A stretch of 64,000 nt of DNA from Schmidtea polychroa (lineage: Eukaryota). A program made the position numbers and the translations under genes. Shown here one piece after another: positions 1-14,419 of the stretch. Location: the NCBI GenBank assembly GCA_044892525.1, contig CM097885.1, forward strand, positions 14,758,001 through 14,822,000, in the 5' to 3' direction. How positions within the stretch are numbered: the stretch's first letter is position 1; each line of letters opens with the position of its first letter. The notes beneath the pieces are model-generated. The model saw nothing but the letters and a program-made list of their open reading frames with translations, searched no databases and had not been told where the DNA came from.

Positions 1-39
1 AGTAAATCAAATAAATCAATAAATAAAAAACTAAATGAA

Positions 40-215
40 TTATTTATTTACAAATATCAAGATCGTTAATAAATATAATAAATCCATAACAAAAAATAAA
101 TACAAACATTTATTTATTTACAAATATCAAAATCAATAATAAAAATTTAATAAATCAATAATAACAAGAGATAAATACAAACATTTATTTATTTACAAAT
201 ATCATTATCAATAAA
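40..215. repeat. Degenerate ~70-bp tandem repeat, about 3 units
   Basis: TTATTTATTTACAAATATCA recurs near 41, 110 and 185. Confidence 0.6.
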
Positions 216-297
216 TTAATGTCAAATATAAATAATAGTAATAATAAATAACCAAATCATTAAATTATGAAGTAACAAGTAGAATAGCGGCTGAATT

Positions 298-318
298 TTA
301 ATTTCCCTCAGAATTATT
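298..318 (-). CDS. ncor: NCoR/SMRT putative terminal exon (NNSEGN-stop)
   Basis: 57-nt intron GTAATT...poly-T...TTGCAG, followed by 6 codons and TAA. Confidence 0.4.
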   Translation of the reverse strand, partial: NNSEGN

Positions 319-375
319 CTGCAAATGAAAAAAAAAATTAAGAATGGAGAAAAATAAAAACTGCAATTAAATTAC

Positions 376-656
376 ACCGAGATCAATTAATAATTTCCCT
401 GGTGAATTGAATCTTGGGGATTCAGAATCGTAATTTTCATCGGTATCGATTTCTAACTTCTCTTTAAAAACAATATTATTATTTTTCTCGAAATAAAATT
501 TTGAAAGGCCTTCAGATGAATCATTTACACTGCGCGGTTTTTTTACATTGTTAGACATAATCGGGGACTTATTGAACATTTCCCTCTTATTGCGATCGTC
601 CGATAATGTTGGTTTGTCTCGTTTTTTCAGAGGTACGCTGTAATTCCTTTTCGAGT
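376..656 (-). CDS. ncor: NCoR/SMRT putative exon 16 (SKRNYSVPLKKR...IDLG)
   Basis: CACAG|AC acceptor, 93 open codons including ORF 367..579. It may instead read through to the stop at 367. Confidence 0.62.
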
Positions 657-711
657 CTGTGACATTATTATTGATAACGAAAAATTAAAAAAACAAAAAT
701 AGAAAATTAAC

Positions 712-763
712 ATTCATTCTTGTTGTCTATTATGAAATTGATTGTACTTTTTTCTGATGAATT
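712..763 (-). CDS. ncor: NCoR/SMRT putative exon 15 (NSSEKSTINFIIDNKNE)
   Basis: TTCTAG|AAT acceptor, phase-1 donor T|GTTAAT; a 55-nt intron joins the next exon in frame. Linkage across the 12.7-kb intron is inferred. Confidence 0.55.
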
Positions 764-1033
764 CTAGAAATAAATTTCCGTAAATACAAAAATTAGGAGC
801 TCACATAATAGAAAATTCAATATTTAAAAAAGTATCAAATATCTAAAGTTTTATTAATTTTAAAAATCAATTTTCTAAAATTAATAATCACTATACATAT
901 ATATGTATAAAATTAATATAAATATCAATTATCTAAAACTTTATTAATTTAAAAAATCGATTTAAAAATAAAATTAATAATATCAATAATAATTAATAAA
1001 ATTAATAATAAATAAATAAATAATAATAAATAA

Positions 1034-1038
<5 letters not shown>

Positions 1039-1115
<77 letters not shown>
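1039..1115. repeat. (TA)n microsatellite
   Basis: Directly visible. Confidence 0.98.
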
Positions 1116-1118
<3 letters not shown>

Positions 1119-3744
1119 TATATAGGAAGAACAATAAACAGGCGAATAAAATTAAAATAAATATAAATTATCTAAAATTTTATTATTTAAAAAAATAGAA
1201 TTTCTTAAATTTAATTATTCCGTAATTAATCTGGAAATAATAATAACATATTATTTAAAAGTAGCATTAACAACAAAACTAATTATAATACAATTAAAAA
1301 TTATTTTAAAAAAATATCAATTATCTAAAATTTTATTAATTTCAAAAAATCGATTTTTTAAAATTTAATTAATTTAAAAAATAAATTTCTAAAATATCTA
1401 TTAAAAATAATTATATATTATTAATTTGAAAAATCTAAAGAGAAAATTTATCATTCAATACAAGAAATTTGCAAGACAAACCATTCTAATAGATATATAA
1501 GATGAGACTATTGAGACAGAAACATTTTAAAAGGCGGAACAATAAACAGAGGCGTATAAAATTAATATAAAAACCTTTTTCTGACAAATATTAAAATCAA
1601 TCATTAATTTTGATAGAATTTGTTAAATTTTTTATTTTAATCATTCTATTTTTCAGATAAATTTTTAATTGACCTTGGGATATTTCAAACTATTGAATTT
1701 CTAGATACTTAATCGTTTTCACACTTTAACCAGAATTCCACCACTTTTTTATTTACTATATTTCCTAAAAATATTTATTACTAGGTTCATATATTACAGA
1801 GAAAATTATTCTTTCATATTTTACTTAAAATGAAAGGTAACTAATGGTATGTTGAAGGATATTGACTTCCGATTAATTATGTGGTAGCCATTTAACAATT
1901 CTTCTATTTCCCCCAAAACTGACAATCATTTAGCAATATTTGATCAGCGATATCTCATATCGACTTTCGAAACCTTTCATAAAAAACGCTAGTAGCCATT
2001 TATATCAAAATAAGAAAAAGGAAATGTAATAAATCATTTTTGACGTGCTGGAATAGTTCAAGCATTACTCAATTAATAATTCCACGACTCTTAAAGTCTT
2101 CTTTAAGTTTAGTCAAAATTAATACAACATCACAAGTTGAATATGACACTTTTTACTTGGACTTAAATATCTTGACAAAATTACAATTACTCATGACAAT
2201 TTTAATTATTAATCAACCTTTTAGATGTTTTGCTTTAATTTGATTATTTTGCTGTGGCTTACATTATAATTAACATACCAAATGCGCTGTCTCCAAGATG
2301 ATGAAAAAACGGTAAAGAGTAAAACGTTGTTTAAAAACGAACATATTTATGCACCAACACAATTAAAGGAAATCGAAAATTCAATATAAAAATAGAAAAG
2401 GAGAAATAAATGGATAATATTGAGAAAACAAACCTAGCTGACAAATAAATGAATGATGAAATCTAACTGATGTAACCTATCAATTTAACTAAAAGTGCAA
2501 AATATTGATAAAGTTGTACGGTTATGTAAATAATTGACACACGCAATTTGTAAGATATAGAAGTGAAGTACAACATCTAATAGTACAATGTGACTGATAT
2601 AATTATTTTATGACATTTTCCATCAACGACAGTAGATAACTAAAAAAATATAACTTTAAAAAATCGAGAATTTATTTCCGTAATCAAAATATTTTTATTA
2701 ACTCTATTATTTCAATGATCCATATCAATTTCACTACAATTATAAACCATATTTTAAACAAAAAAATATTAAAATCATTTGAAAAAAATATCCTAAAGTA
2801 TAATTAGGGGTTGAAATCAAATATTGTAAAGGAAACTCTGTTGTAATATAGTTTTTTCATTTAACAATGTGACCTTGACATTTAATAGTGGTTTATTTTA
2901 ATTTGATTTTGACATCTCTTAATTATTATTATTAATAATTTGATCTGAACATAAATCATAAACATTTAATTGACATATAATCAAGCTTTAATTAAAATCA
3001 ATATTAAATATTTAATAATAAATTTTAATAATAATTAAATTATTATATAATCAAATTAAAATTAAACACTTGATTTTCAAGGTCACGCCATCAGATAAAA
3101 AAACCTTATAACTTTACAAATGTGGTATAAAAGCAGATTATTATAACCACATCTCACAATAGGATGTCAATCCGGAATTAAAAGAAGATATTTTATCAAA
3201 AACAATAATTAGAATTACCCCAAAATCATGTTTCAACTGTCAGATTTTGGACTTAGTTTTAAAAAAGTTACCCACAGAGGAAATTATTGAACAATTGAAG
3301 AAAATGTATAGCAATGAAAGAAAAACGACTTTAAACAAGATAATCAGTCGCATTAATAAAATAAATTCAGGAAACCATCAGAAATTGATAAATATAGTGA
3401 AATTTGACAAACGGATTACAACAAGAATGCTCTCAACCTGAATAAATGGAATATGAGCTTTCTAATGAAAATCGACCAGGCAGTGAAAGGAATATAAAAT
3501 TCAAACAGTTTGACAGTAAGAATAGCAATTTTTAAAGACCTATTTCTACAATTTTTAATTCCATTTGTAATTTTGTTGAAATTTATTATCTAACTCATCA
3601 TTCCACGGCAATAAAATATCAAATAAATGAAAACAATCGTCAAAAATAATCCTGACTATAAAGTAATGAAACAATTAATTTAAATATTTTTTAAAATAGA
3701 GCATGCAACACAAAAAATAACATATTGGCTATCAATTACAGATG

Positions 3745-3787
3745 TATTATAATTATAATTATTATAATTATAATAATAATAATAATA

Positions 3788-3832
<45 letters not shown>
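3745..3832. repeat. (AAT)n/(ATT)n microsatellite
   Basis: Directly visible. Confidence 0.9.
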
Positions 3833-4767
3833 TTCAATATGAAATTTAATTGGATATTTAAAAATATTTTTCAATTATTTTATTCATGTCGCATAACAAA
3901 ATAACCTAGAAATATTTTCTCGTGAGAAGAACGGTTCAATAACCATGACAACAAACGGCACAGGAATAAATACGCGAATCTGAAATTTATTTGAAGATGT
4001 AAAATATAAAATTATCCAATGTACATTTAGGATTTATTTATTTACAATCTCACACCAAAACAATAAGAAAGCTTTTCTTAACCGTAATCAAGCTGTTGTT
4101 GCGAAAAATTTGAGATAGCAAATATTGAAAATATTTACAATGTTCTATTTGCTCTTGTTCAATGAACCGGATCGACATCAACATACAATTATTATTAACG
4201 TGAGTCAGTATGAACAGCATGAACAGTAAACAATAAAATATATGAATCGAAACATTGTCCGATCATATACATCTTGACACCAGAGGAAATAAATTTAAAA
4301 CCAAATATGTTATCTACTAAGATAAATTACAACACCAAAATCTTATTCCCATTAATAAGAGCAAAGTAAAAACATATTTTCCTGAATTATTGAGAATTTT
4401 ACAAAAACAACTGATTTATAAATGACTGGTCAATGAGTGGACTGTTAATAGGATTTTCAGATCATGAGGTTTAGAGAGATCTTTGAAAAGAGTTTATATT
4501 GTACATGGGATTCTCACAGGAATCAATTTCAATTTATTTAATTCCACAACATCAACTAATCACGAAGTAAAGAAACTGCTTAATATGGTACGAATAGACA
4601 ATGATAGAAACACTTAATTTCAACGAAATCCAATCTTGACTTTTTATACCCTTTCATTCCAAAGCCACCAATTAACACTACAATTAAATATTACATACAT
4701 TTATGCTTTATATTCTGTTGATTTAATTTTATCATTTGGTATTTTATAATTTAGAACAATAACTGCA

Positions 4768-5324
4768 TGTAGGGCAAACTCGGCTAACTTCGTGATACTA
4801 AGGAATATTCTTAATGTTTTAAAAGAAAGCATAGCTATCCAATAATTATAGATATAAGAAAACTATGCAATGTCCCGGTACATGATTCGCCTACTAATCT
4901 ATCATTTCAAATTTTGAAATTTGTTTGAGAGTTCAAACTTATATACGTTCAAACCAACCATGTTCTTTTTGTGTAACTTCGTGATGCTATGGCTAATTTC
5001 GTGATAACATTTTAAAAATATTTTTAATAAATTAGATGTCAATATTTACAAAGAATACTAGCATATATATTAGAATACTTTAAAAAAATACATTATATTA
5101 ACAAAAAAAGTTGTATAAACAAGCAAAATTGTAAAGATGCTAAACAAATTAATATCTATTATATACAAATGGCACCAGCTAGTTCCTTTGGCTGCGGAAT
5201 AGTTTAATCTAATAGTTTCACGGACAAACATTTACATAAAACCGCATGTGAAACTCAATGGTGCATTTTTATTTTGTTATCATGAATTTAGCCATGTCAC
5301 GAAGTTAGCCGAGTTTGCCCTACA
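4768..5324. mobile_element. Non-autonomous TIR element (MITE, probably pogo/mariner class)
   Basis: Perfect 28-bp inverted ends TGTAGGGCAAACTCGGCTAACTTCGTGA...TCACGAAGTTAGCCGAGTTTGCCCTACA; internal copies of AACTTCGTGAT. Confidence 0.85.
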
Positions 5325-6372
5325 CACTGAAAGTGTTTTTTGATTAACCTTTAGTTGTCCATCGGTAATTATGAGTATCATAAAGATCTTATCTATGTCC
5401 ATGAAGTGCCTATATGTTTTTATTCAAATTATCAAATCTAATATTTTTCATTGTTAATTAAGGGCACAATTATATAGGTACTGGAAAGTACATTTTGTTA
5501 GATATTAGTATTTTTACATTTCTTTCGTCAACTAAGAGTTTAACTTTTTCTACATGGACTTGTACCTAAATGCTGAATTGGTTGGGAATTCACAAAACCA
5601 TCGAATACCTGCTTCCAGGCCGTCATCTATAAATCCATTTTTATCATCAAGAGAAAAATCCAATAAATGTGTCACAAACACTCTCAATAAACGTTTTAAA
5701 CAGCAGTCACAAGAAAAAGTTGCTTATTCTAGCTTTTTTTATTCTCTTTAATTTTATTATCTGAAAATATTAAAGTAAATTTATAAAGTTGATTACTTAA
5801 CCAAAATCAAATCATTAGTAGCCAAAATGTTAAAAATTATGAATAAAAATTAAATCAATTACACAAATTCAAACAACAAAAAACAACAAAATCTTCACTA
5901 ACATAATGTAAGGGAGCAGAAGCACTTTTATTACTGTCATAGTCCTCCACTATGAGCTAAATCAAGTTCAAATGATATCAAATAGTCACTCATTGACAAT
6001 AAATGAAAATCCACAGACCAACGATAAATTATTAAATAATTGACTAACTGTAAAATGTTATCTGAGAATTAAAATAAAGTCCAGCTATATAAAATTGATA
6101 AAAAAGTTCTAGATAAATATAACTCTATAAAACATTTGGTGCTAAAACAGTCATTCATTTTACACAGTCACCTTTCAATGCTAAAAGTTCTAATTCAAGA
6201 TCGAAAAAAGTGATAAAAGCTGGGCCAAAAATTTGTAATTACACTAAAGAATTATATTTTTTATAATACCCAAAAATAAAAACCGATAAAAATGCAAAAG
6301 GAAAATAACTAAGGAATTCTAAAATAATAAAAACTTACTATTAAAAATGTAGTATTTTGTTATGGTATGTGA

Positions 6373-6409
<37 letters not shown>

Positions 6410-7771
6410 TCAAATATAATTTTATAGTCCAACAATTCATTTTACCCAGCAAAAAGATATTATTATTATGTCTGTGATAAAAGTTACTAAAAATAAAAAG
6501 TTACCTAAATAACAGCAGTGTTGGGCGCGTACAATTAAAGCAATATTGAAATCTGATTGACATGGATTTCAGGGATTTCATAAGAGAATTGCATATATTG
6601 CCATTTGACATGCCATAGACGACTCCCCATCAAATGAACAAGCAATAGATCGGAATTCATACTTTTTTGTTGAAACTTAAATTTGTAATTTGATAATTTC
6701 GAAAATTGCTATTGGACAACGGACAAAATGGTATAGTGACAATATATGATTTGTAATGGGATATTAGTTAATGCTAAACAGTCCGAATGTGGTTGTCGAT
6801 CTTGTGAGAAATGTTCTATTAAGGACTTAAAGGGTCGGATAGAGGTTTTTAATTAACGGAATACTGATTTTGAACTTTATTTGATAAGTTGATAATATAA
6901 ATTTTTTTTCTCTATAAGAATTACCCAACATTAACACTAATTGTAAATTCCCAATACAATTGCTAATATTATGCCGATTAGATTGTGGGTTATTTAGCAA
7001 GTTTATTATAATATTGTTTATTGTTTATTTTATGCTGTACAGCATTCTATTCTCATAATATGTTTTGCGCCACTTTGTCATAGAATGAAACAAAATGTTT
7101 GTGTATTCTATCCAACCTAATCGAGACATATCGGACTGAGAAGATTTTGGTCCAATCTGACACAGACATTGTCTAATAAACAAAACCTTTGCTGTAAAAT
7201 ATAGTAGAGGTAGTCAAAGCTCAAATTGTCGACAGTCGATTCCACTTAATTGGAACACATGGAACTTAGAACTTTTTGGTGAAATAATCCGGAACCAACT
7301 GCATTTTGTATGACAATTACAATATTACATTTAGGATATCTCTTTCAACATTTGGATTGGCAAAAATAATTATAAAATTGTCCCTTGCATTGCCTTCATT
7401 TCAAAGTGATATTATGTAAACAATGAAATATAAACACGTTATTGTGGAATTTGTCCATAAGAAATGTTTCAACTAAATAATCTTTAATCTATATTCAAGT
7501 GTAAAGAAGTTTAGTATTTTCTTTTACAAAACCTTTCTTAGGTCATTAAAAGTATTTGCCTAATGGATAAATCGCTACTTTTTCTTCAATGAAATTATTG
7601 TCAAATTTGGTTCATATAGATCATTCAAAATCTGCTTACAATAAAGTTCTATTATACAACCAAAGTATTTGACTTTTATACATTATATCTAGAAATAAGA
7701 ATTAGTCAAATAATGTCATTTTAAAACTCCTTGATAAAATATAATTTTCATAAATCTAGTAAATGAAACTA

Positions 7772-8603
7772 CAGTAAAACCCCCTTATAAATTACACCTT
7801 TCTTAAAGGTACAAAAAATGAAAATGACCCACAGTTGTATTTTTAAAGGATATTGACAAGGTACATCGCTTTAAAGTACACAATTTTACTTCACTTGACC
7901 TATTCTACAAACAAAGGCCCTCAAAATATCGGATGCTCTCGGGATTGATCGATTTTGTAATAATATCAAACAATATGCAATATCCGGAGAATCGGGAACT
8001 ATAGACCAAATATCAGTTGATGAATGGAAAATGACTCTAAAACAATTCTAGTAGGATACGAGCCCCGTAATATTCCTAATGATAATGAAATTCTTGATGC
8101 GATATTAGATGATTATCTAACTAATCAAGATGATGAAGCAAATTAGAATAAGAGTGATAAATTAGAAAAAGAGAGACAAGAGAAAGATGAAAAAGTTCAA
8201 ATCATAACTGATTGTAAAGCAATGCAAATGATTTCAGAACTTGTTACTTATGCTAAAACCAAGTGATTAATTGAAAAAGAGATTCACTTATTGCAGTTTA
8301 ATGAGAAAGTAAGAAAAGTGCAAGAGAAAAACAAAAGGAAAACAAAACTTGACGAATTCTAAATTAAAAAATAATTGTTGTATCCTTTATATTTAATTTT
8401 TATCTATCTTTTCATGACTGAAACAATTTATTTGCTAGAATTCTAAACTTCACGACATTTACTATATATATAAATTTCTACAATTTTTATTGAATATTGT
8501 GTATCAAACTTTTTTATTTTTCAATATTTCTCTTATAAGTACACCTACCTTTAAGAAGTACACCCGAAGAAGAATTTTTTTCAAATAAGGTGTACTTTAT
8601 ACG
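7772..8603 (+). mobile_element. Tigger/pogo deletion derivative, copy A (right TIR truncated)
   Basis: TA|CAGTAAAACCCCCTTATAA left end; near-identical to 41128-42022. Confidence 0.88.
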
Positions 8604-9581
8604 CACATAGGAAATTCTTTAATATAACTAAAAACGGAAAAGTTTAGGATGAATGATATTAAAGTCTACGAGAATTAGCAAGTTATACAAAATTTTTACA
8701 GACGTTTCTGAAATCTTACCATCTGTACAATTTGTAAAAATTTAATTGGTAAACAAATTACTAATAAATAATAAATAAATTTACAAGTCCAGGAGAAAAT
8801 TCGAGTGAAATAAGAGTGATAATTAAATTGTTCAGTTAACAGTTAAGAGGTTAATATCATTTTGCTAAAGAAAATATTAAGTCGATTCAAGCATCATTTT
8901 CTATAATCCAATTTCAACAAATACCAAAAAAGGAAAAACTATCACCAAGAATGTGTATAACCTACTCATGAACCAATAGACAAATTGATAACCATCATTA
9001 AACGATGCATAACAAGTTAAAGATCTGTAAAATAAGTGAAAATTGAAACAATAAAACGAAGTGAAAATGTTCTCATGATATAATTAAAAAAATGCTAGAT
9101 TTGAATTCTTCCAATATCCACATGGGATATAACAGTCAATTTGAGACTATAATTATTTATGGCACTTATTGACAAACACTTTGTAAATAAAAGATTTATT
9201 AAATTCACAAAATGATTGAATTATTTTATGCCAAGGGCTACGCACAATTTGTTATTAACCACTTAGGCTTCCAAGGTTATATTTCATCATTCAATGCAAC
9301 AATTATTTTTGGCTTTGTCTTAATAAAGTGCCATTAATATATTAACCAATAATTTGATTAATAGTGATTTTTTATTTTTGTTTTATATTATAATTCATTT
9401 CGATGGGATAATTTAGTTTAATAAAAAAGAAAGTAAGGTAAAAAGAAAAGAGGAATTCTGATTCTTATGTGAGCTGAATGTTGATGAGCGGGTTGGTTTT
9501 TGGTTACGCAGTTTCGAAAGGAAGTGCTTGTAAAGTGCTTTTAAACCCGTTTTTGTAAAATTTGGCATTTTGGTTCTTGGT

Positions 9582-9626
9582 GGTGTCATTGATGGTGTCA
9601 TTGATGGTGTCATTGATGGTGTCATC
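9582..9626. repeat. 12-bp tandem repeat GGTGTCATTGAT, ~3.7 units
   Basis: Directly visible. Confidence 0.9.
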
Positions 9627-9649
9627 TTATGTACGTTTCCCAATTTTAG

Positions 9650-10390
9650 TGGTAATCACTAGTTTTGTTTTTAATCTCTTCATTAAATCGAATGCAGAAA
9701 GTCCTGTGTTTACAAATTAATTTATAAACAATGTTTTTTGAAAATTTGATATTGAAGATTTACGAAGTTGTGATTTTAAGAGAGTAGAAATGACGAAAGT
9801 TGGGCTGACGTGAACATTCAAGCCTGTGTTGTGGAGAAGGGATGTTTTTTATTAACAGTAGTGTTATTTAGAAAAAGGAAACGACGATATAGTATGGGGT
9901 TGTATCTTTGTTTCTTACTGTTGTGTTTGCTAGACCAATATTAGTTTCGAAAGTATTATGATACAAGCTTTTCGAGATATCTGTTCTGGGGAAAGCGTAC
10001 TTTGAAGTTTTTACATGTGTCAGTATTATTTTATGACTCACGTTCTTTTTCTTTTAAGAATACAGATTGTGATGATAGTAAGTATATGGGAACTGTCAAT
10101 GAAACTCACTATGGTATCAAGGAATGTGATTTTGCATTTAGAGTTGGGTAGTTCAAGAGTAAATTGTATATTGATGTTATGATTCCTTTTGATTATTAAA
10201 CCGTCCAATTAGATTTCAAACTGACATTTCCAACGGTTCTTTAATTCTCACAAAGACTTTTTCTGTAGCCTACTTAGAAGTACTTTGTAATAAAGTTCAA
10301 AAACAAAGTAATATTATTATCCTTCTTTGTATGATCTACTTCGACTTGTATTCCTAGTTTGGGCTTATTAACAGAATATATACTTTCAAA
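9650..10390 (-). mobile_element. Penelope-like retroelement relic (RT C-terminal part)
   Basis: The minus strand near 10100-10190 reads NINIQFTLELPNSKCKITFLDTIV, matching the IQFTxE...xFLD motif of Penelope RTs. Otherwise decayed; boundaries approximate. Confidence 0.55.
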
Positions 10391-12207
10391 ATATAATTAA
10401 ACAATAAATAATAATACAAAGAGAACACTACTTCTTACAAGTACTCCAAGGCATTGTAATAGTTTCTGATCCTTATAAAACACGCATTACCAAGTAACTA
10501 ATAGCCTATCAGTAATCACAATAGATAAATCATCATGATAATTTTAAAGAGATTTAAAATACCCAGAAAATCTAAAAAGCATTTAAAGAATCACCAAATA
10601 TCATATTCAAAACACATTTACCACGAATGGGAATCTAAAAAATAAGATAGCAACGCAAAATTAGATTAAATTAACTGTGAAATAAAGAAAGGTGGAAATT
10701 TTTAGAAAAATCAAGAATTTGGTATACTGAAGAGAATGAAACTAATAGAGAATATTAATTGCCTACAGAATTAACACAAGGCATTTAGACAACACAATCA
10801 TTAGGAAAAATGAATTATTTGACTATTTTGACCAATATCGTAATTCAAGCCTCAAATTTGCATAAAATCAACTGAATTAGCCATGATTAATATAAATCTT
10901 ATTAACTAATTGTATCCTTTAAAGAGGAAAAATTCACCCTAAAGACAATTACCATATTTAAACAATAAATCAAAAGTACGAATTTAATAACGGGTAACCA
11001 AGCAATAATTATTTATGAGATTAGAAACATTGGTGATGTCATGATGAAACGGATGTTTGCAAATAATGCAAAACTTCGATCAGTAACAAAATTTCATTGA
11101 CAACAATTTAAGAAAAAATTCAGTAGTAATATATATAACAAGAACAGTTAACACAATTCCATGCAGAATTTAATTAAAATTTACTATGTTATTTTTAATT
11201 CATTTTACTCGAAAACTCTCTTCTCCTGACATTGGGATTGGAAGCTAGTTAAATGAACTGGAAAAATTTTCCAAATTAAATCAATTCATATTTTTATCCT
11301 AAATCGGTTAATTTCATTGAATATATATATATATTCTTTATTTTGTCTGCTAAACACCCACAAATCCTCGATCCAGCCGGATCAAGTTGTGTCCTTTTCC
11401 TCACAGAATTAATGGAGAAAAACATCGATCTTTATAAGTATTCTAATTTTCCCATATTATAAATATTTGCTGAAAACAAAAAAACTTTCTTCTTCATCAA
11501 CTTTTATTTAATTTCACTTGTTAGTTAATTTGTTAGTAAGGGTCAAATTTTGTAATAAAATAAAAAAAACAATAAACAAACATAATTATAAGAATTTACC
11601 TAATCATATCCTTAAAGCACAATTATTAAATTTATGGTAATATAGATTAGACAATTTCAAATGACTGAAAAGGATAACAAAATGCATAAATGAAGAAATT
11701 GGTTAAAACAAATTTTCATTGGAATGTATTTAAAGGAAAAGAAAGTGTTTAGTTTAGAATCAACGAGTTATGGTAGGATTTAGTGAAGAAGAAACCCAAA
11801 TATCTTAATATTTGTTTACCTGACAACAAATTAATGTTTCCATCCGCTATAAGCAGGCATTAAGTATTATCTTATTCTTAAACCCCAAGTCCCCAAATGT
11901 ACCAATTCTGCATTACAAACATTCTTGCAATCGTATTATTTATTGACGCTGTTTAATCATGATTCATGAACGCGCACCAAGTTTTAATTAACGTTCTATG
12001 ATACAGTATTTTCTGTTCTGCGATCTTTTGTCTTAAAAAATGGCAACAGTTTTATAATAATTTACATAAATTAATTTAATAAAATAAGGTATGATGGATA
12101 CAAAAAAAACAAGAGTATGGAATTGAGAAAAGTAAAAGAAAGAAGAGGCTTTAAAAACACGAAGGAGTCCTTGTTCAAATTTATGACCACAGATACAATT
12201 GCATTAA

Positions 12208-12773
12208 CCTCCCTCTACCTAAAACCTCTCATGATACACGGAGTACTAAAATGGGGTCATATTTGACCCCAATCGTTTCTTGTTTTTAAACATGTTATTA
12301 AGGTTCCTAAATCGAAAGAAATGATTAAAAATTATACTCAGGGACTTTAAAGCTTCATTTTCAAATATTCAAATATTTATATTTATGATAGGAAAAACAA
12401 AATGTAATAGAAAGAAATTAATGGAAACAAATAATTAAACATTACAGTTCGAACAAGTTGTTACATTGGATTCTGTATGTTCAGGGCAAATTTATGCAGA
12501 GCAAAACGGACATTTGGTGTCTTTCGACCTTGGGCAAAATGAACAGTGATTTCTTTTCCCCTTTCCCGAATTAGCTGGTATTGGTGGTGATACCATAAAT
12601 GACCCCAAACACTTAAAAACGCCATAAGTAGTAAAATAAAACAGGAATCCCATTGGAACTTCTTGTAAATGTTTTACACATCATTTCTGCATAAATTTAA
12701 CCTGTAGTTTAGGAATTATTGCAAAATTTAATATTCTGGGGTCATTTCTGACCCAATTTCAGGCCCAGGAAGG
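12208..12773 (-). mobile_element. piggyBac deletion derivative
   Basis: TTAA|CCT...AGG|TTAA ends, subterminal GGGGTCA...TGACCC palindromes, and a minus-strand Cys-rich C-terminal relic (HCSFCPRSKDTKCPFC...CPEH...CSNC). Confidence 0.85.
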
Positions 12774-13509
12774 TTAATAGAACTTCACTTAATTCTTCTG
12801 ACTTTCGTAGGCCTAAGACAATTTTCTTACAAGACAATTTCATACAGCTATACCGATAATAGAACATCCGAGATAAATTAATAATAATGCAAACTTTCAA
12901 TTTCACTGAAAAAATTACAAGAAAGTTGAATATGAGGTAAATATTCTGTTGTGGAGAAAATGACCATTTGTTGTTTCAATGCAAACTGGAGGATAAGCCA
13001 AATCATTTGTTTGCTATTTGTTAAATTTTAGCATCACTGTGAAATTTCTTTTAAAGTAAACATTTAAATATAATGTAAACTGGAATGATGAGAAGTTGAT
13101 GACGTTTCAAAGTAAAAAGAAGATTAGGGTCATTTGGTGTCAAATCAACCGGGAAAATAACGTAAATCTCGTATAGGTTACACTCCAAAATGACTTGTTC
13201 GGTATAGAGTTAATGTGTAACGATTTGATGTGTTGCATTACCGGGTCTTTTTCGGTTGTAGGAATGTTAAAGAACATCACAATAACAATCTTTAAGGTAT
13301 TTGTTGAATATAATGAACTCTGCGATATTGTACAAAATTCATTATTATTCCAGACTCAAAGAATTAAATATTAAGTTAAAATTACATTTCCTCATTGAGA
13401 ATAAAATAATATCAAATAAAAAATTATTAATCATATATATTGCATAAATAAATAAAAATAAATAAATTATAAAATGCCAGTCTCAGTCAGTTCAATCGAT
13501 TTATCATAC

Positions 13510-13590
13510 TGTCGTTGAAATTGAATGTGAAATATATTGATTTTGCACTGAATTTGCACATTCAATTATTAAATCAATAGTTTTTAATTT
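13510..13590 (-). CDS. ncor: NCoR/SMRT putative exon 14 (KLKTIDLIIECAN...STT)
   Basis: GATAG|AAA acceptor after an 80-nt intron, 27 open codons, donor ACA|GTATGA. Supported by splice signals and phase only. Confidence 0.5.
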
Positions 13591-13670
13591 CTATCATATT
13601 TGAAAAGCAAATTAGTAGATTTTTAAAGATTTTTCAAGAGGTTAAAAATAATTTCATATATAATAATTAC

Positions 13671-13835
13671 CTGCTTAATGTGACCATCTAACGATAAATG
13701 AGAGGTTTTCATGTAATTATTTATCTGGTTTGGAGTTTCATTTGACTGCTGCGGTTCACTGGATTTATATATATTCGTATTATCACATGTTTTATTGATT
13801 TGTGCAATTAATTTCACATCATTATTACAATGAGC
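13671..13835 (-). CDS. ncor: NCoR/SMRT exon 13 (CoRNR-like LSLDGHIKQ)
   Basis: TTTCAG|GCT acceptor; the motif resembles NCoR1 ID2 ITLADHICQII; donor CAG|GTAATT. Confidence 0.78.
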
Positions 13836-13880
13836 CTGAAAAAGTCATCTAAAATCAGAAAATCAGCTCTGTAGAATTAC

Positions 13881-14150
13881 ATTTTTGTCTGTAATTGAAT
13901 TGAGGATATTTGCTGCGGTAACCACTTTACGCTTTTCTGTTGTCTTCTCGGTGTCATCCTCACTTGAATCGTCGATAATTATTTTATTTTTCCCATGATC
14001 AGATTCGGCTATATCACAGTCTTTGGAAATTACTGTTTTTAAAAATTGATTTTTTTTGGAACAAAAACTATTTTTTTGAGATCGGAAAACCTTTTGATCT
14101 GTCACTTCGGGAGGTGGCATTTTTAATCTTGAATCAGTCATAAAGTTTTT
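13881..14150 (-). CDS. ncor: NCoR/SMRT exon 12 (CoRNR-like VVTAANILNSIT)
   Basis: TTTTAG|AAA acceptor; the motif resembles NCoR1 ID3 ITAANFIDVII; donor AAT|GTAATT, then a 45-nt intron. Confidence 0.8.
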
Positions 14151-14197
14151 CTAAAAACCAATCAATGTAAATTTGGAATTTCAATTAAATATTCCAC

Positions 14198-14419
14198 ATT
14201 TCCATTGTAAGATGATTTTGAAGCTAAACCAGCTTTGGAGCGATTTTCACTTTTCAAATTTCTATCCTTAATATAAGCATACATTTGAGAAGCTTCACTA
14301 CTTGTTCGAGTTCTTTGTGAATCGGATCGATTTCGGAACTCATCGGTATATGGTTCGACTTCCTCTTCATAAAGTTTACTGACACGGTCAATGAAAAAAT
14401 CTGATGTTTTGGTCATTAC
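14198..14419 (-). CDS. ncor: NCoR/SMRT exon 11
   Basis: ATTAG|GTA acceptor, coincides with ORF 14162..14416; donor AAT|GTGGAA, then a 47-nt intron. Confidence 0.75.

Noticed and set aside
9470..9525. Hammerhead-like TTGATGAG...CGAAA next to the Penelope relic
   Set aside because: The core lacks the conserved C of CUGANGA, stem II does not abut GAAA, and it is antisense to the element.
11210..11470. Possible extra NCoR exons
   Set aside because: Candidate acceptor frames hit stops or give phases incompatible with neighbouring exons.
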